Positions 28,845 through 40,015 are shown, numbered from the stretch's first letter. The stretch: DNA of 64,000 nt from Eubacteriales bacterium (GCA_045531455.1 JAZSEA010000075.1:149978-213977); one strand, 5' to 3'. Translations and numbers: made by a program. The notes: a model not told the origin generated them from the sequence alone.

Positions 28845-29606
28845 TTATTCGTATTTGACGTCAACAAGGTATAATCCGTCGGGCGGAAGAGTTGCGCCTG
28901 CCAGTCGTCTGTCCCCGGATTCAATAATTTTAATGATATCATCGGGTGAAATATCACCTTTAGCTACGTCAAGCAGAGTGCCGCATATGATTCTTACCAT
29001 ATTGTATAAGAATCCGTTTGCGGAAATTCTGATCAGTATTTCGTCTTTGCATTTGTTGACTTCGCAAGAATAGACGTTGCGAACAGTATCCGTAACCTTA
29101 GACCCCGAAGCCATAAATGCTGCAAAATTATGCTCACCGCAAATATTCGCGGCAGCTTTTTGCATTAACGAGACACCTTCCTCGTCAATATATTTGGCGT
29201 AATGAAATGACTTTTTGACCAAGAAAGGATCTCTGTGCTTCGCGTTCAGAATACGGTATTCGTAAGTCTTACTGACGACGGAATATCTTGCGTGAAAATC
29301 TTCCGAAACGAATTCGGCATAATAAACCGAAATATCCTCGGGTAAACGAACGTTAAGCGCTTGAGGGATTCTTTCGGCGGGGATTGTTGAATTGAGCCCA
29401 TTTTCACCGTGTACCTGAACTGTAGCACAGAAGCATCTTGCGTGAACGCCCGCGTCAGTTCTGCTGCATCCCGTAACGTCGCATTTCACTCCGAAAAGAT
29501 CAGCAGTCGCTTTATTCAGTTCGTTCTGAATCGTCGGTGCGTTTTTCTGAACCTGATAGCCCGCGTAAGCAGAGCCGTCATATTTGAGTTTGATAAACAG
29601 CTTCAT
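28845..29606 (-). CDS. truA: tRNA pseudouridine(38-40) synthase
   Basis: MKLFIKLKYDGSAYAGYQVQ... with the catalytic RTDAGVHA. Start at 29606 forms an ATGA overlap with the ecfT stop. The track start at 29753 is an extension. Confidence 0.9.
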   Translation of the reverse strand: MKLFIKLKYDGSAYAGYQVQKNAPTIQNELNKATADLFGVKCDVTGCSRTDAGVHARCFCATVQVHGENGLNSTIPAERIPQALNVRLPEDISVYYAEFVSEDFHARYSVVSKTYEYRILNAKHRDPFLVKKSFHYAKYIDEEGVSLMQKAAANICGEHNFAAFMASGSKVTDTVRNVYSCEVNKCKDEILIRISANGFLYNMVRIICGTLLDVAKGDISPDDIIKIIESGDRRLAGATLPPDGLYLVDVKYE

Positions 29607-30433
29607 CGCATCACGAATCCGAAGGCAACGAAGTTCAAAGCGATCATTCCGGCTACTGCGGCAAGCATTATCGCCAAAGCGAGATAATCCTTGAATTTCA
29701 TCTTTGTAACGGTCATTCTCGTTCTTCCCGATCCGCCGTGATAGCAACGGCATTCCATTGCCGTAGCCAGTTCATCCGAACGTCTGAAAGCAGAGACAAA
29801 TAATGGTATCAGCACGGGAATCAACGCCTTTGCTCTTTGAATAAGAGAGCCGTTCGTGAAATCTGCGCCTCTTGCCTTCTGAGCGGTCATAATTTTTTCC
29901 GTTTCCTCGGAAAGTGCGGGAATAAATCGCAGTACAATCGACATCATCATTGCAAAATCATGCACGGGTACCTTGATCTTCTTGAGAGGAGAAAGCAGGG
30001 ATTCGATTGAATATGTCAGCTGAATAGGTGTCGTAGTAAAGGAGATAAGAACGCTCGAGGTCAAGATCAAGCATAAGATTCTGATAGCGATAAAGAGTGC
30101 ATGCCAAAGACCCTCGGGATATAGCTCGATTATCCACCATTTAAAAAGTGGCTCTCCTTCGCCTTTAGTCAAAAAAATATTGATGATAAAGGTAAAGATC
30201 AATATGAAAATGATCGCGCGCAAAGATCGAAGAACGATTCTGAGCGGAATCTTAGATAGAAGCACTACGCTAATGGTGGCTACAAACAGGAAGGCGAAGG
30301 ACGCAAGACTCTTGCAGAAAAATACGGCAACGATAAAAATTGTTGCAAGAAGAATTTTTGTTCTTCCGTCGAGTCTGTGAATTATTGAATCGGACGGATA
30401 ATACTGACCGAGAGAAATGCTTTTCATTTGCAA
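29603..30433 (-). CDS. ecfT: Energy-coupling factor transporter transmembrane subunit
   Basis: HRLDGRTK N-terminal motif and the coupling-helix ARG motifs (QKARGADF). Follows two ECF ATPase genes. Confidence 0.9.
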   Translation of the reverse strand: MQMKSISLGQYYPSDSIIHRLDGRTKILLATIFIVAVFFCKSLASFAFLFVATISVVLLSKIPLRIVLRSLRAIIFILIFTFIINIFLTKGEGEPLFKWWIIELYPEGLWHALFIAIRILCLILTSSVLISFTTTPIQLTYSIESLLSPLKKIKVPVHDFAMMMSIVLRFIPALSEETEKIMTAQKARGADFTNGSLIQRAKALIPVLIPLFVSAFRRSDELATAMECRCYHGGSGRTRMTVTKMKFKDYLALAIMLAAVAGMIALNFVAFGFVMR

Positions 30434-31287
30434 CCTCCTCCGATCAATTTGCAGAGAAAATCTGCAGCTTGATCAACTGTATATATCGCTCCGTCGGCCT
30501 TATATCCTCTGTCAGCAAGCATCATTGCGATCCTTGTGATTTCGGGTACGTCGAGACCAGCATCCAGAAGGATATGAGGCTCCGAAAAGACTGAAGCAGT
30601 ATCTCCTTCTGCCAGGAGCGCGCCGTTTCTGAGAACAGCGATGCGGTCACATCTTTCAGCCATATCTTCCATACTGTGAGATACTATGATCACGGTTGCA
30701 TTTTCTGTCCTGCGATACTCTTCTATAGCGTCAAAAATATTTTTTCTGCCTTCGGGATCCAGTCCTGCCGCAGGCTCGTCAAGGACAAGGATCTCAGGCT
30801 TCATAGCCATGATTCCCGCAATTACAACTCTTCTCTTTTGACCGCCCGAAAGTTCAAATGGCGATTTCTCAAGCACGGAAGGATCGAGACCGACCAGCGC
30901 AGAATATCTTACAACGCGCTCGTTGATCTCTTCGGCATCAAGCCCCATATTCATAGGTCCGAATGCAATATCGGCAGAAACTGTTTCTTCAAAAAGCTGA
31001 TACTCGGGATACTGCATTACTAGTCCGACACGGAATCTGATCTTTCCGATCTCTTTCGGAACCGACCAGATGTCTTTTCCGTCGAGAAAAACAGTTCCCG
31101 ACGAAGGGCGTTCGAGACCGTTGAGCAAGCGCACAAGCGTTGATTTGCCCGAGCCGGTATGTCCGATTATACCCGTCACCGAGCCTTCTTCAATTGCCAG
31201 GTTAATGTTATTCAAGGCATGAGCCTCAAACGGTGTTTTTGCACCGTACACGTAGCTCACGTCTTTAAGTTCAAGTTTATACTTCAT
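30424..31287 (-). CDS. ecfA2: Energy-coupling factor transporter ATPase
   Basis: Walker A GHTGSGKST, the LSGGQKRRV signature and Walker B LVLDEP. Second ATPase of ecfA1-ecfA2-ecfT. Confidence 0.9.
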   Translation of the reverse strand: MKYKLELKDVSYVYGAKTPFEAHALNNINLAIEEGSVTGIIGHTGSGKSTLVRLLNGLERPSSGTVFLDGKDIWSVPKEIGKIRFRVGLVMQYPEYQLFEETVSADIAFGPMNMGLDAEEINERVVRYSALVGLDPSVLEKSPFELSGGQKRRVVIAGIMAMKPEILVLDEPAAGLDPEGRKNIFDAIEEYRRTENATVIIVSHSMEDMAERCDRIAVLRNGALLAEGDTASVFSEPHILLDAGLDVPEITRIAMMLADRGYKADGAIYTVDQAADFLCKLIGGGCK

Positions 31288-31326
31288 TGTATTCCACGTT
31301 TCAAAACACTAAAAGTGCCTAATTTG

Positions 31327-32196
31327 TTAATTTGCTTCAATTAAAGCGCATATGCTTTCGACTGCATCCTCCGAGGTTATCGGAATATCTTTGACATTGA
31401 TACCGCATGCAGCAAGCTTATGCAGAAGGAGTGCGCTCTGCGGTAGTTCAAGACCCGCTTTTTTGATAAGAGCGGCGTCTGCGAAAATCTCCTTCGGAGT
31501 TGCATCGGCAATGATCTTACCGTTATCCATTACGATGATCCTGTCGGCACGTACCGCCTCGCTCATATGGTGGGTAATGTTCAAGACTGTAATTCCGCGG
31601 TCGCGAACCATATGCTCCATCGTATCAAGAACTTCAGCGCGACCGATGGGATCGAGCATTGCAGTAGATTCATCAAATATCATACAATCGGGCATCATAG
31701 CGATTATTCCCGCGATAGCAACTCTTTGCTTTTGTCCGCCCGAAAGTCTGTGCGGCTCGTGATGAGCAAATTCTGACATACCTACTGCAGCCAACGCATC
31801 GTCAACGCGCTTTCTAATCTCGGCAGAAGGTACCCCGATATTCTCGGGACCGAAAGCAACGTCCTCTTCAACTATAGTAGCAACGATCTGGTTATCAGGA
31901 TTCTGAAACACCATGCCGATACTTCTGCGAAGTTCGATAATCTCTTCGTCGGTAAGATCACCGCAAACCGATTTGCCATCGATGAGTATATCGCCGCCGC
32001 TTGGTTCAAGAACGAGATTCAACAGTTTCGCAAAGGTAGATTTTCCTGATCCGTTTCTGCCAACAACCGCTACGTATTCTCCGCGTTCAATTGCAGTACT
32101 TACGCCGCGAAGGGCGAAGTTCTGTTCACTGTCTTCGGTGGCGGGATCATCATAGCTGAAGGTGAGATCCTTGGTTTCTATGAAATGAGCGCTCAT
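31327..32196 (-). CDS. ecfA1: Energy-coupling factor transporter ATPase
   Basis: GRNGSGKST, LSGGQKQRV and MIFDEST motifs. Start at MSAHFIETKD (32196) forms an ATGA overlap with the upstream gene. Confidence 0.9.
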   Translation of the reverse strand: MSAHFIETKDLTFSYDDPATEDSEQNFALRGVSTAIERGEYVAVVGRNGSGKSTFAKLLNLVLEPSGGDILIDGKSVCGDLTDEEIIELRRSIGMVFQNPDNQIVATIVEEDVAFGPENIGVPSAEIRKRVDDALAAVGMSEFAHHEPHRLSGGQKQRVAIAGIIAMMPDCMIFDESTAMLDPIGRAEVLDTMEHMVRDRGITVLNITHHMSEAVRADRIIVMDNGKIIADATPKEIFADAALIKKAGLELPQSALLLHKLAACGINVKDIPITSEDAVESICALIEAN

Positions 32197-33080
32197 TTTC
32201 CATCTCCTCCAATGGAGGTCCATCTTGCACTCGCGCCCGCGGGCAAAGCGGTTCCTCTCGAAGCAACCGGGAGAGCAATCTCGCCCGCTTCGCATTTTCC
32301 ACCGTATCTCGAAGTAATTTCAAGGTCGATCATATACTTCATAGTTAAAGGTGAAAGTCCGGTTGTATATGAATTGACGAGGAAAAATAAGGGTCTGTCG
32401 GAAAGAAGCTGAGCACAAAGCTTTATGAGCTCATCGATAGCTTCTTCGATCTTCCACACTTCACCGGAAGGACCTCTGCCGTACGAAGGAGGATCCATAA
32501 TGATAGCTTCATATTTATGACCGCGTCGGATCTCGCGCTCGACGAATTTCTTGCAGTCATCGACAATGTATCTGATAGGAGCGTCGGCGAGTCCCGAAAG
32601 AGCAGCGTTTTCCTTTGCCTGCGCTACCATACCCTTTGCAGCATCAACATGGCAAACGGACGCGCCTGCGGCGGCAGCGGCGACTGTCGCGCCTCCTGTA
32701 TACGCAAAGAGATTTAGGACTTTTACGGGATAGGGACAAGCCTTGATAAGAGAAGAAAACCAATCCCAGTTCACAGCCTGCTCCGGGAAAAGTCCCGTAT
32801 GCTTAAATCCCATAGGTCTCAGAACAAAATTCAAGTTACCGTATGAGATATTCCATTCCTTGGGAAGTCTATTCACCTTCCATCCGCCGCCTCCCGATGA
32901 AGAACGGTTATAAACGCCGTGCGCCTTTCTCCATTCGGGAAGGGTCTTTTCGGTCTTCCATATTACCTGAGGGTCGGGACGTACAAGAATATAGTCTCCC
33001 CACTTTTCAAGTCGTTCTCCATCGGAAGTATCAAGCAATTTGTAATCTTTCCAATTTTCAGCAATCCACATATCAATCAA
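32193..33080 (-). CDS. Class I SAM-dependent (rRNA-type, RlmI/RlmK-like) methyltransferase
   Basis: VLNLFAYTGGATVAAA SAM motif I, IIMDPPSYGRG motif IV and an N-terminal EVE/PUA-like segment. Confidence 0.75.
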   Translation of the reverse strand: MIDMWIAENWKDYKLLDTSDGERLEKWGDYILVRPDPQVIWKTEKTLPEWRKAHGVYNRSSSGGGGWKVNRLPKEWNISYGNLNFVLRPMGFKHTGLFPEQAVNWDWFSSLIKACPYPVKVLNLFAYTGGATVAAAAAGASVCHVDAAKGMVAQAKENAALSGLADAPIRYIVDDCKKFVEREIRRGHKYEAIIMDPPSYGRGPSGEVWKIEEAIDELIKLCAQLLSDRPLFFLVNSYTTGLSPLTMKYMIDLEITSRYGGKCEAGEIALPVASRGTALPAGASARWTSIGGDGK

Positions 33081-33580
33081 ACCTGTCCGTTAAAGTATTT
33101 TGCAATTCTTGAACCTCCGCAATGGGCATGGCATATCGCAATTGCAAGAGCGTCAGCCGTATCATCGGGTTTTGGCGGTGCAGGAAGCGACAAAAGCAGA
33201 GTAACCATTGTAATCACCTGTTTTTTATCCGCTCTTCCGTAACCAACAACCGATTGTTTAACCTGCAGAGGCGTGTATTCATTGATATCAAGCTTATGAT
33301 GCTCCGCGCACAAAAGGATCACTCCGCGAGCTTCGGCAACCCTGATACCCGTAGTAATATTCGTATTGAAGAAAAGCTCCTCGATTGCTACTGCTTCCGG
33401 ATAATATTTTTCGATTATCTCCGACAGATCCTTGTAGATCTTATCAAGTCGCTTCTCTACCGTAAGCTTTGTCGGGGTCTGTATCGAACCGTAAGCAACG
33501 GGTACATGTTTAAAGCCGTTTGTCTCAATAACCCCCCATCCTATTGTTGCAAGTCCGGGGTCAATTCCTAAAATTCTCAT
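33077..33580 (-). CDS. ruvC: Crossover junction endodeoxyribonuclease RuvC
   Basis: MRILGIDPGLATIGWG..., EELFF and DDTADALAIAICH catalytic acidic residues. Confidence 0.92.
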   Translation of the reverse strand: MRILGIDPGLATIGWGVIETNGFKHVPVAYGSIQTPTKLTVEKRLDKIYKDLSEIIEKYYPEAVAIEELFFNTNITTGIRVAEARGVILLCAEHHKLDINEYTPLQVKQSVVGYGRADKKQVITMVTLLLSLPAPPKPDDTADALAIAICHAHCGGSRIAKYFNGQV

Positions 33581-33615
33581 ATATATCCCTACTACTCAAA
33601 AATTAACCATTATAG

Positions 33616-33644
33616 ATTATACCACAATTCCGTTAGAATGTCAA
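33616..33644 (-). promoter_or_regulatory. Sigma-A-type promoter of the ruvC-methyltransferase-ecfA1A2T-truA operon
   Basis: Minus strand: TTGACA, a 17-nt spacer, then TGgTATAAT. Confidence 0.7.
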
Positions 33645-33776
33645 ATAGGATTATGAATATTTTTATTTATTATTTGTATCTTTTATTTGTTTCTTTAAAA
33701 AAATCTCACAAACTTGTTTACTTATTTCTTTTTTTATGTTATAATTAACATTAACAATGTTTAACGGAGAATTACT

Positions 33777-36641
33777 ATGTTCAGCTTTCGTAAGGCAAAA
33801 TCAAATATAAACGACACCACCGCTCTTGCACAAACAAAACGTAAGGGCTTATTTGGAATTGATAAAAAATATTCCTATCTCGCTTACTGCTTTGGCATTC
33901 CCGCGATCTTGTATTTTCTTATATATCTCTCGATGGGGCTTCATCCCTTCGGCAACGGATCGGTGCTTGTTCTTGACCTCAACGGACAGTACGTGTATTT
34001 CTACGAGGCTCTCAGGAATGCGGTAGTAGGCGATACGTCTCTGCTTTATTCCTTCGCAAGACAGCTTGGAGGTGAGTTCCTCGGAATATACGCATATTAC
34101 GTTGCAAGTCCTTTCTCATATATAGTTTGTCTCTTCCCGCAGGACAGAATGCTCGAAGCGCTTCTCTGCATCTTCCTCATCAAAGCAGGTATTTCGGGTC
34201 TCACAATGGGATATTATCTCCACAAAACTGCCGAGAGATTGAACAAGACCAATGTCATTATCTGTTCGGTTTTATATTCAATGTGCTCTTATGCTGTTGT
34301 TCAGCAGCATAACTCAATGTGGATCGACGCACTTATGTGGCTGCCTCTTCTCACTCTCGGCATTGAGGAGCTGATCAAGAACGGAAAGTACAAGCTCTTT
34401 GTTTCGATGCTTGCATTGACACTTATGAGTAACTTCTACATCGGTTATATGGCTTGTATTTATACCGCGGCATATTTCTTTTACTACTACTTTGCCAACA
34501 ACGAAGGCGACCGCAATAACCCCAACTTTGAAAAGAATCACTTCCTCAAATCTTTCTTGAGGATCGGTGTATTCTCTGTACTTGCCATAGGCATTTCTAT
34601 GGTGATCGTTGCCTCGGCGTATTACTCGCTCCAGTTTGGTAAGAACGAGTTCTCAAATCCGAATTTTTCGTTCTCGGTACGTTTTGACATAATTGATTTT
34701 CTGACGAAATTCTTCCCCGGTTCCTACGATACCGTAAGACCCGAAGGTCTCCCGTTTGTTTACTGCGGAGTACTCACTCTTTTCTGCGTCCCTCTTTATT
34801 TTCTTTCAAAGAAATTCACAACAAGAGAAAAGGTATTCTCTGCCGGTCTGATCGCATTCTTCGTATTATCCTTCTCGATCAATACCTTAGATATGATCTG
34901 GCACGGCTTCCAGAAGCCCAACTGGCTTAACTACCGCTATTCCTTTATGCTTTGCTTCATTCTTGTAGTGATAGCATACAAGGGAATGGGACAGATAAGA
35001 CGCGCATCATCCAGAACCGTAGGATTTATGGGCGCAATGATGATCCTATTCCTCGCGATCGCACAAAAATTCACCTATCACGCTGTCGTTGAAAGAATAA
35101 GCGGCAAGGTTGAATTTGATCAGCCCCTCAAGGAGCTTGAGATGATCTGGCTCTCGATTCTGTGCGTAATTATGGTAGGCATCATTCTCTGCGTCATGAT
35201 AAGAACCAAGAGACGGCAGACTGCATCACTTATGCTGCTCGTTTTCGTATGTATTGAAGCGTTTGGAAGCGGAATCGTTAATTGCGTTGAATTCGGCGAT
35301 GACGTTATTTATTCATCCTACAGCAGTTACAACGATTTCGTCGGTTCGCTGAGACCTCTTACCGAAGATATACTTGAGAGCGACCCATCGTTCTACAGAT
35401 ACGAAAAGAACGTTCACCGTAAATATTGCGACAATATGGCTCTTAACATCCGTGGTCTGACGAACTCCACGTCGACCCTTAACAAAGAGACCATAAAGTT
35501 CCTCAATAATCTCGGTTATGCTTCAAAATCTCATTGGTCGAAGTACCTTGGCGGAAATCTGATATCCGATTCTCTGCTTGGAATTAAATATATCATTGAT
35601 TCCGAGACCTCCGATATTTCAGCATACTATGACCTTACCGAGCTCGATCCGATAACTTACAACAAAACAGATTATTATGCTTATATCAACGATCACGCTT
35701 TGTCCCTCGCTTACAGCGTTGACCCTGCCGTTATCGATTTTGAGTTTGAAGGAAAAACACCTTTCGAGAAGCTCAACTCTCTTCTGAGCACTATGATCGG
35801 TTCGGAAGACATTCTCAATTATTTCATTCCTGTTGAAGTTGAAGAATCGACGAGCAATCTTTCAACAAAAAAGAATTCGTCTTATCACGAGTATCGCCCC
35901 GAGGTCACGGGAAGCTCTGCTACTTTGACTTACACGTTTACCACAGTTAATGCGGGGGAGTATTTCTTCTACCTGCCTTCCGATTACCCCAGAGAGGTTG
36001 ATCTTAAGGTAAACAACAAATCGCACGGTACGTTCTACGCCAGCGAAACCACCAGAATCGTTTCTCTCGGATTCTTCGATGAAGGTGAAACTGTAAACGT
36101 CGGTATGACGCTGAAGGCTGACGTTCTTTACGTTACTCCTAACGTAAGCTCGGTTTATTATATGGATATCGAGCTTGCAGAAACAGCACTTAATCAGCTT
36201 GCAACAGAGCAGATGGAGATCTCCGAAGACTGGTCCGAGGATCATATCACGGGAACCTATACGACTTCTGCAGAAAACACGACCGTCTTCACGACTCTGC
36301 CCTACGATGAGGGCTGGAAGGTTTTCGTTGACGGCGAGCAGATCGAGTACGTCAAGGCACTCGAAGCCGTGATCGCATTCGAGATAAACGGTGCAGGCGA
36401 ACACAAAGTTGAATTCAAATATGCTCCCAAGACCTTTACTCTCGGACTAACGATTTCTCTGCTTTCTCTAGTTCTGTTTATTCTGATAATCATATTTGAA
36501 AAACCTCTTGCAATCGTATGGAACAGGATAGCCGAAGAAATCGATACCAAAAAGGAGTCCAAGAAGAACCTGCAAACGGCGGAAGTTGAAGTAGAAATTA
36601 CCGAAAGCGAAGAATCTCAGGATAATCCTTCGGAGGAATAA
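33777..36641 (+). CDS. YfhO-family polytopic membrane protein (glycosyltransferase-C-like)
   Basis: 954 aa with more than 12 TM helices, a large extracytoplasmic C-terminal domain and a final TM helix. Overall pattern of YfhO proteins. Confidence 0.75.
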   Translation: MFSFRKAKSNINDTTALAQTKRKGLFGIDKKYSYLAYCFGIPAILYFLIYLSMGLHPFGNGSVLVLDLNGQYVYFYEALRNAVVGDTSLLYSFARQLGGEFLGIYAYYVASPFSYIVCLFPQDRMLEALLCIFLIKAGISGLTMGYYLHKTAERLNKTNVIICSVLYSMCSYAVVQQHNSMWIDALMWLPLLTLGIEELIKNGKYKLFVSMLALTLMSNFYIGYMACIYTAAYFFYYYFANNEGDRNNPNFEKNHFLKSFLRIGVFSVLAIGISMVIVASAYYSLQFGKNEFSNPNFSFSVRFDIIDFLTKFFPGSYDTVRPEGLPFVYCGVLTLFCVPLYFLSKKFTTREKVFSAGLIAFFVLSFSINTLDMIWHGFQKPNWLNYRYSFMLCFILVVIAYKGMGQIRRASSRTVGFMGAMMILFLAIAQKFTYHAVVERISGKVEFDQPLKELEMIWLSILCVIMVGIILCVMIRTKRRQTASLMLLVFVCIEAFGSGIVNCVEFGDDVIYSSYSSYNDFVGSLRPLTEDILESDPSFYRYEKNVHRKYCDNMALNIRGLTNSTSTLNKETIKFLNNLGYASKSHWSKYLGGNLISDSLLGIKYIIDSETSDISAYYDLTELDPITYNKTDYYAYINDHALSLAYSVDPAVIDFEFEGKTPFEKLNSLLSTMIGSEDILNYFIPVEVEESTSNLSTKKNSSYHEYRPEVTGSSATLTYTFTTVNAGEYFFYLPSDYPREVDLKVNNKSHGTFYASETTRIVSLGFFDEGETVNVGMTLKADVLYVTPNVSSVYYMDIELAETALNQLATEQMEISEDWSEDHITGTYTTSAENTTVFTTLPYDEGWKVFVDGEQIEYVKALEAVIAFEINGAGEHKVEFKYAPKTFTLGLTISLLSLVLFILIIIFEKPLAIVWNRIAEEIDTKKESKKNLQTAEVEVEITESEESQDNPSEE

Positions 36642-36642
36642 A

Positions 36643-37257
36643 ATGTTTTACTATATAAAAGGAAAGCTCGTCCTCAACGAGGATTCAAAAGTCGCTATTG
36701 ATGCTGGCGGAGTTGCTTACTTGATGACAGTCAGCGCAAACACGCAGACTGCTATTTCAACCAAATCTTTCAACGGAGAGAACGAAATCATTCTCTATAC
36801 GCACCTTTCCGTACGTGAAGACGGAATTGAGCTCTTTGGCTTCAAGGATACCGCAGAGCTCAATATGTTCAAGCTTCTTACCTCGGTGTCCGGAGTTGGC
36901 CCCAAGGCTGCTATGGCAATTCTGTCCTTTATGACTCCCGACGGTATCGCAATAGCGATATGCACGGAAGATAAAAAATCCATTTCTAAAGCTCCCAGTA
37001 TCGGTCCAAAAACAGCCGCACGAATCATTCTGGAGCTAAAGGACAAAATGAATGTCAAATCCTCCGAGATTTCGGTCGTTGACACTCCCGCTTTTGTTGT
37101 TCCGCAAGGCTCGGGCAAATACAATGAAGCGATCGATGCTCTCACCGTACTCGGCTTCAACCGCAACGTTGCCACAGACGCATTGAAATCTATCGACATT
37201 GCCAATCTCGAGTTAGAGGACATTATACGTGAAGCTTTAAAAAAATTAATGAAATGA
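36643..37257 (+). CDS. ruvA: Holliday junction branch migration complex subunit RuvA
   Basis: MFYYIKGKL..., HhH motifs (LLTSVSGVGPKAAMAIL, PSIGPKTAARIILELK). Confidence 0.92.
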   Translation: MFYYIKGKLVLNEDSKVAIDAGGVAYLMTVSANTQTAISTKSFNGENEIILYTHLSVREDGIELFGFKDTAELNMFKLLTSVSGVGPKAAMAILSFMTPDGIAIAICTEDKKSISKAPSIGPKTAARIILELKDKMNVKSSEISVVDTPAFVVPQGSGKYNEAIDALTVLGFNRNVATDALKSIDIANLELEDIIREALKKLMK

Positions 37258-37274
37258 TCTGTTAAGGAATTAAA

Positions 37275-38366
37275 ATGAACGAAGAATTTGATTTTGAAAA
37301 CCGAATTATGAATTCCTCATACATTCCTACCGAAGATGAGCTCGATACCTCTCTTCGTCCTCACAGACTTGAGGATTATATCGGTCAGGAAAAGGTTAAG
37401 GAAAATCTCAAGGTTTATATTGAAGCCGCAAAAATACGTAAGGACACGCTCGACCACGTGCTTCTTTACGGACCTCCCGGTCTCGGCAAGACTACTCTCG
37501 CTGCAATCATAGCCGCAGAAATGGGTGTAAATTTCAGAGTTACATCGGGACCCGCAATAGAAAAGCAAGGTGATCTTGCCGCTTTACTGACCAATCTGCA
37601 GCCCGGAGACGTACTCTTCATCGATGAGATACACCGAATGCAAAGAGCAGTTGAAGAGATCCTTTATCCCGCGATGGAGGATCACGTAATTGATATTATC
37701 ATAGGAAAAGGTCCTGCTGCACGAAGCATCAGAATTGATCTCGCACCATTTACTCTGATCGGAGCAACGACCCGCGCAGGTCAGTTGTCAACACCTCTGC
37801 GCGACAGATTCGGTGTCATATCGCGTCTCGAACTTTATACCCCCGACGAACTTGCTTCCATTGTTACAAGAAGCGCTGGCATTCTCGGATTACCTATCAG
37901 TCACGACGGCGCACTCGAGATTGCTTCGAGATCTCGTGGTACCCCCCGAATAGCAAACAGGCTTTTGAAACGAGTCCGTGACTTTGCTCAAGTCAAGGGA
38001 CGCGACATCATTGATGCTGACATAGCATCCTTTGCATTGACTAAACTTGAAATCGATGCGCTCGGTCTCGATAACACCGATAGAAGAATGCTCGAAACAA
38101 TAATTAAATTTTATAACGGAGGGCCTGTTGGTCTTGACACGCTTGCCGCTACCGTGGGTGAGGAAGCAATTACCATAGAGGATGTTTATGAGCCTTATCT
38201 GATTCAGCTCGGCTTCATTTCAAGAACACCTCGAGGCAGATGCGCAACATTCCGCGCCTATGAGCATCTCGGACTGCAACCGCCTGTTTCAAACGCACAA
38301 TCCATCCTCGAGCAAATGAAGATCGACGACGAGATTACTACAGAAAAGGAGAATAACCATGAATAA
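37275..38366 (+). CDS. ruvB: Holliday junction branch migration DNA helicase RuvB
   Basis: [28 protein letters not shown] and [10 protein letters not shown] motifs. Confidence 0.96.
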   Translation: MNEEFDFENRIMNSSYIPTEDELDTSLRPHRLEDYIGQEKVKENLKVYIEAAKIRKDTLDHVLLYGPPGLGKTTLAAIIAAEMGVNFRVTSGPAIEKQGDLAALLTNLQPGDVLFIDEIHRMQRAVEEILYPAMEDHVIDIIIGKGPAARSIRIDLAPFTLIGATTRAGQLSTPLRDRFGVISRLELYTPDELASIVTRSAGILGLPISHDGALEIASRSRGTPRIANRLLKRVRDFAQVKGRDIIDADIASFALTKLEIDALGLDNTDRRMLETIIKFYNGGPVGLDTLAATVGEEAITIEDVYEPYLIQLGFISRTPRGRCATFRAYEHLGLQPPVSNAQSILEQMKIDDEITTEKENNHE

Positions 38367-39138
38367 ATCAAACAGCATTTTCAGTTCTCCTCAATTTCCG
38401 ATCTATCTTTTGTCTTTGATCGTTGCTGTATTTAACTCTTGCCTGCTTTCACCGATATATATTCAGATAGAAAACAATATAACTTTTGAGTACACGCCTC
38501 TGCCGATTATATTAAACTACGTAATCCTGCTTTTTGACGTACTATATATTGCGCTCCTCTTTTCCTCGGTATCATTTTCTGTTTATTCAGTCCATAAGGG
38601 AATTGGAAAGAAAAGCAGCGCGATTATTCCGACTATTGCTATAGTCTTTCTCAAGCACGTTCTTAACCTGGCGGCATCCTCCATCATTGACAGCTATATA
38701 GACGTCTCGTTTGATATCCCGATGACCTTGTATCTGATAGTTATAGACCTGCTTATGATTTTGGTAGTTGCGATCGTTGCAAATCATTATTCGAGGAAGC
38801 ATTTCGCTCATGCTAAAGCTATGGCAAAAGCTTCAAAGTATCTTGAAGCTGTGGAATACAATGAGATCGACGACGTTTTTCCATTCAAGGGATTCTGGAA
38901 ATTCAAAAGCCATCCCGTATTGTTGCCCGTTTTTATCGGAGCTGTAATTTCTGCGGGATTATTCGTAATTCAAAGATTATATGCAGACATAGTCGTCCTC
39001 GGCGCCCCTTCTACTTTTGCGGAAATTATTGATATTACAATTTCTTACACAACCGACATTCTTTACGGGATTATTGCTTATGCAACTTCATATTTTGCAT
39101 CTGCATATATTTTCTTAAAACACACAGAAAATAACTAA
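38359..39138 (+). CDS. Hypothetical polytopic membrane protein (overlaps the ruvB end by 8 nt)
   Basis: 259-aa ORF with about 6 TM helices. No family recognised. Confidence 0.5.
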   Translation: MNKSNSIFSSPQFPIYLLSLIVAVFNSCLLSPIYIQIENNITFEYTPLPIILNYVILLFDVLYIALLFSSVSFSVYSVHKGIGKKSSAIIPTIAIVFLKHVLNLAASSIIDSYIDVSFDIPMTLYLIVIDLLMILVVAIVANHYSRKHFAHAKAMAKASKYLEAVEYNEIDDVFPFKGFWKFKSHPVLLPVFIGAVISAGLFVIQRLYADIVVLGAPSTFAEIIDITISYTTDILYGIIAYATSYFASAYIFLKHTENN

Positions 39139-39163
39139 TACTAATTAAAGGTAGGTATTTATT

Positions 39164-39970
39164 ATGAATCCCACTTGGCTCAATCTCGAAGGAAAGACTG
39201 TTATCGTAACCGGAGGCGCTTCCGGAATCGGATATGCAACAGTAACCGAATTTCTCGCTGACGGCGCAAACGTCGTTGTTGCCGATATGAATCCCAACGC
39301 TCCCGAATTTGACAAAGGCGCAGGAGACTACATATACGTTCCCTGCGATGTTACCAATAAAGCCAATATAGATAACGTAGTTGCAAAGGCTATTGAAAAG
39401 TACGGCAAGATCGACGTTCTTGTTAATAACGCGGGTATCAACATTCCCCGTCTTCTTGTTGATCCCGGTCAGCAGTATGAGCTTGATGAGGCTGTATGGG
39501 ACAAGGTTATGAACGTTAACGTGAAAGGTCTTTTCCTTATGACACAGGCTGCAGCGCGCATTATGGTTGCGCAGGGCGCAGGCGTTATCATAAACGTATC
39601 CTCAGAATGCGGACTTGAGGGTTCAGAAGGACAGAGCGTTTACGCCGCTTCGAAGAATGCGGTTAACTCTCTTACCCGTTCCTGGGCGAAGGAGCTCGGC
39701 AGACTCGGTGTAAAGGTCGTCGGCATCGCCCCCGGTATCCTCGAAGCAACCGGCCTCCGCACAATTTCTTACGAAACTGCACTCGCATACACTCGCGGTA
39801 TCAGCGTTGAGCAGCTTCGCGCAGGTTACTCCAAAACAAGCACAACTCCTCTCGGTCGTTCCGGTAAACTTTCGGAAGTTGCATCTTCTATTGCATTCCT
39901 TGCTTCCGAACGTTCCGCTTATATTCACGGAACTACCATCAATATTGCTGGCGGAAAGACCAGAGGTTAA
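39164..39970 (+). CDS. SDR-family oxidoreductase (sugar-alcohol-phosphate/3-oxoacyl reductase-like)
   Basis: TGGASGIG cofactor motif, NNAG and the catalytic S...YAASK. Confidence 0.85.
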   Translation: MNPTWLNLEGKTVIVTGGASGIGYATVTEFLADGANVVVADMNPNAPEFDKGAGDYIYVPCDVTNKANIDNVVAKAIEKYGKIDVLVNNAGINIPRLLVDPGQQYELDEAVWDKVMNVNVKGLFLMTQAAARIMVAQGAGVIINVSSECGLEGSEGQSVYAASKNAVNSLTRSWAKELGRLGVKVVGIAPGILEATGLRTISYETALAYTRGISVEQLRAGYSKTSTTPLGRSGKLSEVASSIAFLASERSAYIHGTTINIAGGKTRG

Positions 39971-39982
39971 TTTTTCATAAAC

Positions 39983-40015
39983 AGCGGGAGATATTCTTCC
40001 GCTCTTTCTTTTTTG
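39983..40015 (+). terminator. Rho-independent terminator after the SDR gene
   Basis: AGCGGGA-gatattc-TTCCGCT hairpin followed by CTTTCTTTTTT. Confidence 0.7.
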
